IMG/VR virus record: IMGVR_UViG_3300035136_000035
Length of the DNA stretch: 64,000 nucleotides
Reading direction: 5' to 3' (one strand)
DNA from: an uncultured virus (IMG/VR IMGVR_UViG_3300035136_000035)
Lineage: Duplodnaviria > Heunggongvirae > Uroviricota > Caudoviricetes
This document shows, one piece after another, positions 1 through 6,809 of this stretch (position 1 is its first letter; the number at the start of each line of letters is the position of its first letter). A model generated the notes under the pieces. The model worked only from the letters and a program-made list of their open reading frames with translations, was not told the DNA's origin and made no database searches. The translations under genes were made by a program, and so were the position numbers.

Positions 1-115
1 CAATTAAATCATAAGGTTTATAAAATTTATAAAGCATTTTTCCTTGATAAATATTCCTCTCGATAGAAACTATCACGAGAACAAGTAACATGCAAATTAT
101 AATATTTTTTTTCAT
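1..115 (-). CDS. partial second copy of the 1000..1308 membrane-anchored hypothetical protein (runs off the window edge)
   Basis: Positions 1-122 are identical to 1194-1315; ATG at 115-113 reads MKKNIIICMLL. Confidence 0.8.
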   Translation of the reverse strand, partial: MKKNIIICMLLVLVIVSIERNIYQGKMLYKFYKPYDLI

Positions 116-122
116 AGTGAAA
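1..122. repeat. direct repeat, copy of 1194-1315
   Basis: Base-by-base identity over 122 bp; it may extend beyond the window. Confidence 0.95.
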
Positions 123-154
123 TATTTTTCATTGTTTATATAAACAAGTTTAGA
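116..154 (+). mobile_element. attI-like terminal half-site of cassette array 1
   Basis: AGTGAAATATTTTTCATTGTTTATATAAACAA-GTT; 116-150 is the exact reverse complement of 58385-58419. Confidence 0.7.
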
Positions 155-161
155 AAATATA

Positions 162-440
162 CTAGTCTTCATCCCAATAATAAACATGGTCAATTTCTCC
201 AGCCTTGTACTTTTCAAGTAACTCTATACCCTTTTTTAATTTTTTAATAGAGTTATCAATGAAAGTGTCTAATTCTTCTTTTGGTACTGTTTCATTATCT
301 TCTTGCGAGTTCCAACATCGTTCTTTTCTTGGCTGGTAAATTACATAACTTGTCTCTCCGGTATCTTCATCTCTCCATAGTTGTACAGGGTAATTATAGC
401 TCCAAAATAGTTTGTCAAAATTTTCTGTTTCTTGTATCAT
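162..440 (-). CDS. hypothetical protein (cassette gene)
   Basis: 92-aa ORF between GT(T)TAGAAAATATAC at 148 and GTACGTTTTCTAAC ending 485. Confidence 0.75.
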   Translation of the reverse strand: MIQETENFDKLFWSYNYPVQLWRDEDTGETSYVIYQPRKERCWNSQEDNETVPKEELDTFIDNSIKKLKKGIELLEKYKAGEIDHVYYWDED

Positions 441-478
441 ATCATTAAGTTTTAAAAAATTAAAAAAATCCGTACGTT

Positions 479-531
479 TTCTAACACTAAATAAACCACA
501 TTAAAACGATGGTTTATTATTTACGTTAGGC
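479..531 (+). mobile_element. attC-like recombination hairpin
   Basis: TTCTAAC...GTTAGGC enclosing imperfect inverted repeat TAAATAAACCA/TGGTTTATTATTTA. Confidence 0.8.
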
Positions 532-555
532 ACAATAAAAATTTATGCCAACGCA

Positions 556-891
556 CTATTTGAGAAACGTTCGATTATATTTTATACTTTGTTTGTTTAG
601 TTTTTCGGCTTGCATCTGCATAAGTTGGCTAATGTTAAACCCATTATCTATAGCCAACCGCACCAAGTAAAATAATGCATCACCAAGTTCATCACCCATT
701 GCATTTTTTAAGTCTGGTATTGAACATATTCCATCTCCAACCCACTCAGGTTTTATTTTTTCAAACTGCATTTTTTTAGCGATATTAGCAGCCTCCCCAA
801 CCTCCCCACAAAGAGCATTACTATTGTACAATTCATTACCTGGTTGTAAGCTATGTTGCCTTACTAAGTTTTCAAAGTTCATTGTTTCCAT
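556..891 (-). CDS. MazG-like nucleotide pyrophosphohydrolase (cassette gene)
   Basis: ALCGEVGEAANIAKK and DELGDALFYL motifs; cassette ends GTTAGGCA (525) and TGCCTAAC (913-920) are perfect complements. Confidence 0.85.
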   Translation of the reverse strand: METMNFENLVRQHSLQPGNELYNSNALCGEVGEAANIAKKMQFEKIKPEWVGDGICSIPDLKNAMGDELGDALFYLVRLAIDNGFNISQLMQMQAEKLNKQSIKYNRTFLK

Positions 892-913
892 CCCAATATA
901 AATTTTAAAAGAT

Positions 914-1005
914 GCCTAACATGCGGTAAAAGTAAGCCGCAGAAAGGCTTGTGAATAATTTGAGTAGTCTACAAAGCGGCCTACTCTTACCGCTGTCCGT
1001 TATTC
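914..1005 (+). mobile_element. attC-like recombination hairpin
   Basis: GCCTAAC-atGCGGTAAAAGTAAGCCGC...GCGGCCTACTCTTACCGC-tgtcc-GTTA; a copy with identical arms lies inverted at 57462-57543. Confidence 0.85.
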
Positions 1006-1308
1006 ATCACCCCCTAAACTTTCGTTAAGTGAATCAAATTTATATGCAAATGTTAAGGAATCCAATTTCATTTGTCGAATTTCGAGTAATACATGAAACG
1101 AATCAAATTGAAATTTGGATTGTTCTATTTCATTAGAATTAATTATTCTTAACATTTCCTTATAAAGACTATCTGAAGCTTTGTTTATATCAACAATTAA
1201 ATCATAAGGTTTATAAAATTTATAAAGCATTTTTCCTTGATAAATATTCCTCTCGATAGAAACTATCACGAGAACAAGTAACATGCAAATTATAATATTT
1301 TTTTTCAT
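1000..1308 (-). CDS. hypothetical protein with N-terminal hydrophobic anchor
   Basis: 102-aa ORF; its stop codon is the TAA of the attC core. Confidence 0.75.
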   Translation of the reverse strand: MKKNIIICMLLVLVIVSIERNIYQGKMLYKFYKPYDLIVDINKASDSLYKEMLRIINSNEIEQSKFQFDSFHVLLEIRQMKLDSLTFAYKFDSLNESLGGDE

Positions 1309-1347
1309 AGTGAAAAATTTTTAATTGGTTATATATACACGTTAGTG
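1309..1347 (+). mobile_element. attI-like terminal half-site of cassette array 2
   Basis: AGTGAAAAATTTTTAATTGGTTATATATACAC-GTTAGTG; near-identical to 2249-2286. Confidence 0.7.
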
Positions 1348-1357
1348 GCAATACAAG

Positions 1358-1618
1358 TTACCACATTACTTTAACTGTTCTAAATGAATCTTGTAACATT
1401 TTATTACTTATGTACGAGTGTATTTTAGATTGTATTCTATCCACTTCGGCTTTGTTTTTAAATCTATCAAGTATTACTGTTATTGATTGGATACTGTCGT
1501 CAAAATACACATCAGAATCCTTCGGGCATAATGCTCTGATATTATCATAAAAATTATTACTGCCACTAACACTATGTAAAGTGCATGGCTGTTCTGTTTT
1601 TAAATCTTTTGTACTCAT
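1358..1618 (-). CDS. hypothetical cassette protein with N-terminus encoded inside the attC loop
   Basis: ORF crosses the core at 1564-1570 (TLHSVSGS); cassette ends GTTAGTGGCA and TGCCACTAAC are complementary. Confidence 0.75.
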   Translation of the reverse strand: MSTKDLKTEQPCTLHSVSGSNNFYDNIRALCPKDSDVYFDDSIQSITVILDRFKNKAEVDRIQSKIHSYISNKMLQDSFRTVKVMW

Positions 1619-1694
1619 ATCTAAAGTTATTTAAGTTTTGAAACTATGTAGCTTTGCTCAAGGCAGCCACGACACCTTACATTCACCGTTATGC
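1564..1694 (+). mobile_element. attC-like recombination hairpin (long loop)
   Basis: CACTAAC-actATGTAAAGTGCATGGCTG...CAGCCACGACACCTTACAT-tcacc-GTTATGC. Confidence 0.8.
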
Positions 1695-2123
1695 CCCATT
1701 GCTATATAAGTTATATAAGGCAATAACAGTTTCATATCCGGGGCTTTTAATCTTTCCAGTTTCTAATTGACTTAGGTAAGCATTTGAAATGCCCGTCTGT
1801 TTTTCAACTTCTCGGAGTGTAAGTCCCTTATCTTTTCTCATTTTTTTGAAATCTAATTCACGCAACGATGGCATAATAATATGTATAGGTAATTCTGCAT
1901 TATTTTTTACTACTTCCTGCGCATATTCTTCCATTGCTGCCAGAACATTTTCTTCTAATTTAAATTCTTTACAAAGATTTGCAATTGTTTCCCAAAAAAT
2001 AGTATGATATTTAGTATATTCTGGAATATCGCAATTTAAAGGCATTTTTTTTATTAATTTAAAAGCATTTTCCCTCACATAACACATTGGAAAATGACTG
2101 CAATTAAAACATGTTCTTTCCAT
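1689..2123 (-). CDS. XRE-family HTH protein; cassette-borne HTH fused to an upstream Cys-rich N-terminus
   Basis: KKMRKDKGLTLREVEKQTGISNAYLSQLETGKIKSP is a classical XRE HTH; HTH part bounded by GTTATGCC (1688) and GGCATAAT (1870-1877). Confidence 0.85.
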   Translation of the reverse strand: MERTCFNCSHFPMCYVRENAFKLIKKMPLNCDIPEYTKYHTIFWETIANLCKEFKLEENVLAAMEEYAQEVVKNNAELPIHIIMPSLRELDFKKMRKDKGLTLREVEKQTGISNAYLSQLETGKIKSPGYETVIALYNLYSNGA

Positions 2124-2125
2124 AA

Positions 2126-2248
2126 TTAATTCTTTAAAGTTTCACAATAAAATTCAAATTCACGTGGTATTTTACCAGTTTTAATAATAAAATCCTTCTG
2201 TCTCCTAGATAATATCTTTTGTCCTTCTTGTAATAACTTTTGTTTCAT
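2126..2248 (-). CDS. small hypothetical protein (40 aa, not in ORF track)
   Basis: MKQKLLQEGQKILSRRQKDF...; ATG directly abuts the attI-like half-site. Confidence 0.55.
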   Translation of the reverse strand: MKQKLLQEGQKILSRRQKDFIIKTGKIPREFEFYCETLKN

Positions 2249-2286
2249 AGTAAATATTTTTAATTGGTTATATATACACGTTAGCA
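2249..2286 (+). mobile_element. attI-like terminal half-site of cassette locus 3
   Basis: AGTAAATATTTTTAATTGGTTATATATACAC-GTTAGCA. Confidence 0.7.
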
Positions 2287-2292
2287 AACATG

Positions 2293-2562
2293 TTAAAGAT
2301 ACCCGATATCTTTTACAGTTGCAAAAAACATATCAGTAGGATTGTATTTATAATACAGCTCTACCACTTCAAATCTCATTATTTTCCCAGACTCCATTTT
2401 ATCACGAAATTCGTCGCCAATTTTAACCTTTGGATTTTTAATGAATCCATATAAACTTAGATTGTCATAATCTCTCCATTGGATTGAATTTCCCCATCCA
2501 TTGTGTTCCCAAATATTAAAAACACGTTTGTTAACATCAGGTACATTAATATCTATTTTCAT
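2293..2562 (-). CDS. hypothetical cassette protein
   Basis: Ends GTTAGCAAACATG (2280) and CACGTTTGTTAAC (2523-2535) are 11/13 complementary; ORF reads through the core (VPDVNKR). Confidence 0.75.
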   Translation of the reverse strand: MKIDINVPDVNKRVFNIWEHNGWGNSIQWRDYDNLSLYGFIKNPKVKIGDEFRDKMESGKIMRFEVVELYYKYNPTDMFFATVKDIGYL

Positions 2563-2574
2563 TATACAGTTATT

Positions 2575-2784
2575 TTATTGTTCAAATTCTTTTTGGATGA
2601 ATAAATCAATAGCTTCTTCACTTGCATATCCTCTGAATTCATCCATTAAATAATTATAATATTTATTAAGTAATATTTTTGAATTTTCTTTTAATAAATC
2701 ACTTAATAAATTAATAATATCATTTTTTGTGTAAATATTCTGACATAACCTATCAGCATATTCTTTTATTAAATCTTTCATCAT
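2575..2784 (-). CDS. hypothetical protein
   Basis: Closely packed ORF in the leftward operon. Confidence 0.65.
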   Translation of the reverse strand: MMKDLIKEYADRLCQNIYTKNDIINLLSDLLKENSKILLNKYYNYLMDEFRGYASEEAIDLFIQKEFEQ

Positions 2785-3053
2785 GCAATAATTTTATGGT
2801 TAAACTTATCTTTAAGAGATTCAACCTTACGATTGAATTTTTTAATATTATCAGATATAGTTTTAAGTCTATTTAAAGGCCGTACAAAGAAGTAATTTAT
2901 TTTATCTGATATTATTTCACATTGCCAGGTTTCTCCTGCACAGCAAAGAAAATCGCCTACTACAAGGCATAATTTACCTTCATGTCTTGCGATAGGTTTT
3001 TGATTAGGTATGTTACTTTCTGTAAATGTTAATTCAATTATTTGTGTATTCAT
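2781..3053 (-). CDS. hypothetical protein
   Basis: ORF with ATGA overlap to the next gene. Confidence 0.65.
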   Translation of the reverse strand: MNTQIIELTFTESNIPNQKPIARHEGKLCLVVGDFLCCAGETWQCEIISDKINYFFVRPLNRLKTISDNIKKFNRKVESLKDKFNHKIIA

Positions 3054-3064
3054 AATTTTAAAGT

Positions 3065-3256
3065 TTATTTAATTTTTATCCAACTTCTTGCTTCTGTGTC
3101 CCAATCGTATTCGTCTCTTATATCTCCATTTCCATAAAAATCTAAAGCTCTTATAGCTCCTTGACTATATCCAGCTAAAGTTATTGCTTCTGCTGGTGTT
3201 TTTCCTTTTACAATTTCCTTTTCACCTGTAAGCCAAAATAATGTGTATGTGTTCAT
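3065..3256 (-). CDS. hypothetical phage protein
   Basis: Packed ORF, ATGA overlap. Confidence 0.65.
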   Translation of the reverse strand: MNTYTLFWLTGEKEIVKGKTPAEAITLAGYSQGAIRALDFYGNGDIRDEYDWDTEARSWIKIK

Positions 3257-3435
3257 TGTTTTTTAATTTTTTTATTAGTTACATTACACCATCCGTGTAT
3301 AGTTATATTTTCAAGTGTTTTTAATTCATTAAGGACTATGTTTTGAATATCTTTATAGGTAATATCATCAAATTTTTTATTTATTGAAACTCCTACAATA
3401 TTTTTTTCATTTGTTCCTATATTTATTGTTGTCAT
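3253..3435 (-). CDS. hypothetical protein
   Basis: Packed ORF with AT-rich leader. Confidence 0.6.
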   Translation of the reverse strand: MTTINIGTNEKNIVGVSINKKFDDITYKDIQNIVLNELKTLENITIHGWCNVTNKKIKKQ

Positions 3436-3460
3436 AATTTAAGTCTTTTAAGTTCTTCTC

Positions 3461-3664
3461 TTACTTCTTTTCATCTGAATATTCATAAGAATAATATTCA
3501 TTAAAACTTTCATATTTCCCTTCTAATACTTCTGATTCATAAATATGAACAGGAGATTCACCAATATCTTGTCTGTCATAATCTAACAATATTATTTCCA
3601 TTGGTTCTTCTGTTATAGCTCGTTGAAAAGCTCCGTTTTTAATTTCAATTAGTATTTTTTTCAT
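3461..3664 (-). CDS. hypothetical protein
   Basis: Packed ORF. Confidence 0.6.
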   Translation of the reverse strand: MKKILIEIKNGAFQRAITEEPMEIILLDYDRQDIGESPVHIYESEVLEGKYESFNEYYSYEYSDEKK

Positions 3665-3676
3665 GGTTAAATGTTT

Positions 3677-3883
3677 TTAATAAGTTAAACTAAGTTGTTT
3701 TCCTTTACTGAATTTTTCTACAATAATGCCTGTTGTGGTACATACATCAGAAATAATAACACCAGGTAATTTTGATAGTTCTCTAGCTCTTATACAAGCT
3801 AAAGGTAAATTAGAAACTAATGGATTTTTAACATGTTCCATATAAGAACCATCTTTTAATTGTGCTTCTATTATATATGTCAT
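3677..3883 (-). CDS. hypothetical protein
   Basis: Packed ORF. Confidence 0.6.
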   Translation of the reverse strand: MTYIIEAQLKDGSYMEHVKNPLVSNLPLACIRARELSKLPGVIISDVCTTTGIIVEKFSKGKQLSLTY

Positions 3884-3894
3884 AGTTTTAATAT

Positions 3895-4107
3895 TTAATG
3901 TTCAACAACTACAATCTGCATGAAATTACGGTCTAATAATTCAACCGTCCAAAAGCACCCTTTTACCCTATAGTGAATAGGTAAGCGTAGATCATCCCTG
4001 GAAGATATTCCAGAGGAAGTAATAAAATGCCTTAAGCATTCACTAGCGGAAATGTCTAAAATTATTTTTTCCATTTTAGTATGATTTAGATTGATTATAT
4101 CTATCAC
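3895..4107 (-). CDS. hypothetical protein (start probably internal MEKII)
   Basis: ORF track; operon context. Confidence 0.5.
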   Translation of the reverse strand: MIDIINLNHTKMEKIILDISASECLRHFITSSGISSRDDLRLPIHYRVKGCFWTVELLDRNFMQIVVVEH

Positions 4108-4176
4108 GTATAAGTGCTATAATAGAAAACACTATAAATAACCCTATTAAAAATAATGTGTCCATAATTATATGTT

Positions 4177-4509
4177 TTAAATTAAAAGGTTAGCTGTTTC
4201 AGGGAATAAATCATAGCCTTTATTAAGGTTGAATCTTGTTTTTTTACGGTTTTTAACGAGTTGAATGAAGTATTTCCCGTAATCCGATAAAATATAAGTG
4301 TACCAACCATATGATTCTGTAAAATCATATTCATAATCAAAATTTAAAATACAATATTGATATTCACTTAATAAATTTATATCAATTACAGATTCAGGAT
4401 CATCCTTCCATACATTATACAGCACAGATAAATATAATACTGACTTATCTATATGTAAAAATTTCTTAATCTCTTTTATACAAGTTAAATCTGAATAAGA
4501 TGTTTTCAT
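4177..4509 (-). CDS. hypothetical protein
   Basis: 110-aa ORF. Confidence 0.6.
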   Translation of the reverse strand: MKTSYSDLTCIKEIKKFLHIDKSVLYLSVLYNVWKDDPESVIDINLLSEYQYCILNFDYEYDFTESYGWYTYILSDYGKYFIQLVKNRKKTRFNLNKGYDLFPETANLLI

Positions 4510-5189
4510 AATAGTGTATTTTAAATGATTAATTAATAATAGCTTTACATTTTGTTTGTGTTATTGAACAATTTTCATTCCACACACATTGATAAAGACA
4601 AATTTGATTATCTAATAATTTTTTTTCTACAAGATCACATTTTGAATAATCGTATTTTCTGATTTTTGTTCTCATACTTTATATTTTAAGTTAATATTTC
4701 AATCTAATACATAGTAACTTTTTTGGGTAATATTCTTACTACACCATTTAACCAAATTACATTATTTATAATATATATACTATATACTAAGTATATTAAT
4801 ATATATAAGAATAAATAAAGTATTAATGATTACAGAGGTCAATTTCGCCCACTTGGGTAATGGATTTAATGTTTGAATTAATGAATTTAAAATATTACCC
4901 CCAGGTTCAGAAGTTTCACCGAGAGCCTGAATTTCATTCAAACATAAATAAAACATATCCTCATTAGTCTCCTTTTTTGTTTCAACCTCGATATAATCAG
5001 GTAGCGCAGTATAGGAAGAAAGAACTGCTATGTTAGGGCTAAACATTCCTACAAATGAATAAAGGAAGGTACTAACATAAGCAGTCCTTTTAAAATTAAA
5101 TATGTATTTTGAAATCATTTGTATAATGTTTAGCTGATTCAAAAGTACATATTATTTTTTAATTTCAAACAAAATACAATATTAAATTT

Positions 5190-5260
5190 TAATTGGCTTC
5201 ATTAAACAGCCTAATAAAAGGCTGTCTACTCTGAATTTTCAGGCTTGTAACTGTCAATTA
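5190..5260 (-). ncRNA. twister self-cleaving ribozyme, type P3 permutation
   Basis: Minus strand: TAATTG-A-CAG TTACAAGC CTG-AAAA-TTCA-GAGTAG-ACAGCCT tttatt AGGCTGT-TTAA-TGAA-GC-CAATTA, matching P3/P4/P2/P1 with the UUAC/GUA and GC/GC pseudoknots. Confidence 0.85.
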
Positions 5261-5532
5261 AGATTTGTTAAAATATATTCTCCAGATTGAATTTTACTTT
5301 CAGTTTCTTTTTTAGTTTCACACAAAAACTGGTTTCTATATTTACCAGTTGTTCTTGAATAATCCCAGTAAGTTTTATCTAATTGTACTTTACCCTTGTT
5401 AGGTTTGAATGCAATTACTGACTTATAGGACTGAAAATATGCACCTTCATTTGTAATAATAATAAACTGATTTTTTACTGCTTCGCCAGTTTTATCACTG
5501 ATCATTTGTGTTACTTTTACATTTGTTTTCAT
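5254..5532 (-). CDS. small early-region phage protein
   Basis: 92-aa ORF with FQSYKSVIA and WDYSRTTGKYRNQFL motifs typical of early phage proteins. Confidence 0.75.
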   Translation of the reverse strand: MKTNVKVTQMISDKTGEAVKNQFIIITNEGAYFQSYKSVIAFKPNKGKVQLDKTYWDYSRTTGKYRNQFLCETKKETESKIQSGEYILTNLN

Positions 5533-5543
5533 GACTTTATATT

Positions 5544-5726
5544 TTAGTTAAACAATAATTTCTCATACTCTTTAAATCTATAAGAGCGAATAGGCCGTAT
5601 TTTAGGCTCAGTATCAAAATAAAGAAGTAAACAGGGTTTAATACCTTTGTAATTGTTTACATATTCAAACCCTGTTAACTCGTTATTGTTAATACGCTGT
5701 TTAATTCGATTGTGATAAGGGTACAT
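5544..5726 (-). CDS. hypothetical protein
   Basis: Packed ORF. Confidence 0.6.
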   Translation of the reverse strand: MYPYHNRIKQRINNNELTGFEYVNNYKGIKPCLLLYFDTEPKIRPIRSYRFKEYEKLLFN

Positions 5727-5728
5727 AA

Positions 5729-5890
5729 TTAATACTTTGTAATAATTATTTTTCTAATGTCAGAATCATTTTTAAATCTTTCTATTTTTTGATTTAATTT
5801 TTCATCATTTTTAATTTGCGCTTGAATTATGTAATAGTCACAATAATTTATAGCACTAAAAAAATACTTGTATTTATATTTTGCTTTCAT
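5729..5890 (-). CDS. small hypothetical protein (53 aa, not in ORF track)
   Basis: MKAKYKYKYFFSAINYCDYY...; fills the gap, with an AT-rich leader. Confidence 0.5.
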   Translation of the reverse strand: MKAKYKYKYFFSAINYCDYYIIQAQIKNDEKLNQKIERFKNDSDIRKIIITKY

Positions 5891-5925
5891 GATTTCAAAC
5901 ATTTAAGTTAATACTAAGTTAATTG

Positions 5926-5970
5926 TGCCCTATTTTCAATCGAATGAATATGCCTTTAGCGAATAGGGCA
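5926..5970 (-). ncRNA. tRNA-like minihelix element 1
   Basis: TGCCCTATT...TTCA TTCGAT TGAA..ATAGGGCA followed by CAAT. Confidence 0.5.
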
Positions 5971-5978
5971 ATTGTTTA

Positions 5979-6182
5979 TTATTCAATAATAGATAAGGCA
6001 TTATATTTATCTGCAATTGCAAATGATTTACCTTCACTATCTTTTATGTAATGGCCGTCAACACCATTTTCATAATGGCCGGTTACAATACATGGATTTT
6101 TAGGATCATTGCCGATCCCTAATCTTTTTTTCTCGTCCAATGATAATATTACATTTACTTTTGAATTAATTTGATGTTTCAT
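5979..6182 (-). CDS. hypothetical protein (start revised to MKHQINSK)
   Basis: The 5' extension in the ORF track (to 6257) overlaps a structured RNA element. Confidence 0.6.
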   Translation of the reverse strand: MKHQINSKVNVILSLDEKKRLGIGNDPKNPCIVTGHYENGVDGHYIKDSEGKSFAIADKYNALSIIE

Positions 6183-6219
6183 AATTTCAATTATTAAATT
6201 ACTGTCAATATTGACATTG

Positions 6220-6272
6220 AACCCTGTATAGGAATCGAACCTATAATCAAATCGCATCCAGCGAACAGGGTT
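6220..6272 (-). ncRNA. tRNA-like minihelix element 2 (acceptor stem plus T-arm)
   Basis: AACCCTGT...ATAGG TTCGATT CCTAT ACAGGGTT followed by CAAT; no D or anticodon arm. Confidence 0.6.
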
Positions 6273-6370
6273 AAAGTTTTAAGCACGTTTGAAATTTAAA
6301 TTACGAGTTAAATAACAAACAGCTATAAAAACAACCGAATAAATCAATAAAATAAGCATAGTTTTAAATT

Positions 6371-6571
6371 TTAATTATTTTTACAAATATATTTAAGACG
6401 TTCCATATCCTTTTTTTTCGGATATTCTGTATTTTTTGTTGCATCTATTAAAGGCATATCTGTTGTAGTTACTTTCCAAGATTTACCGGTTTTTGGACTT
6501 GTGTAAATTACCTTATAATGTCCGTAACCTGTAAATTTGAACTTGAAATCTGATATATTTATATTTTTCAT
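6371..6571 (-). CDS. hypothetical phage protein
   Basis: 66-aa ORF (GYGHYKVIYTSP) with AT-rich leader. Confidence 0.7.
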   Translation of the reverse strand: MKNINISDFKFKFTGYGHYKVIYTSPKTGKSWKVTTTDMPLIDATKNTEYPKKKDMERLKYICKNN

Positions 6572-6606
6572 GACTTTAAATTTAAATTAATAAATAAGTT
6601 AATTGT

Positions 6607-6648
6607 AAGGGAGAGAGGAAACGATCCTCTCCAAATTCCAAATCCCTC
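6607..6648 (-). ncRNA. tRNA-like minihelix element 3 (degenerate)
   Basis: GAGGGA...GAGAGG ATCGTTT CCTCTC TCCCTT followed by ACAAT. Confidence 0.4.
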
Positions 6649-6713
6649 GAATGTATAACAACTAAAGCCTTCAACCGTAAAGGTATTGTATCTCTTATTA
6701 TCGTTGTATCAGT

Positions 6714-6726
6714 ATGTCAAAGAACT
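6714..6726 (-). promoter_or_regulatory. boxA-like antitermination element
   Basis: AGTTCTTTGACAT resembles boxA (GCTCTTTAACA); preceded on the minus strand by GC-rich hairpins; second copy at 56085. Confidence 0.55.
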
Positions 6727-6809
6727 TAATGTCTTCTACTACCGAAAGCCCTGAGACCGAAGTCAGCAGGGCTGGAATGTCGCCAAGAAATGCGACAAAC
6801 TTGACGGCA

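Noticed and set aside
479..1694. CRISPR array or simple terminators as explanation for the repeated hairpins
   Set aside because: Units are gene-sized, repeats are not identical, T-tails are absent and ends follow cassette-specific GTT/AAC complementarity; no cas genes were seen
2529..2575. Intact attC upstream of the 2293 cassette
   Set aside because: TAAC and GTTA cores are present but the arms barely pair; treated as a degenerate remnant
4780..5142. 120-aa ORF
   Set aside because: TTG start, no recognisable motif and overlap with a long hairpin; coding status is unsupported
6220..6272. Full tRNA gene
   Set aside because: Only acceptor- and T-arm-like parts are present; too short for D and anticodon arms
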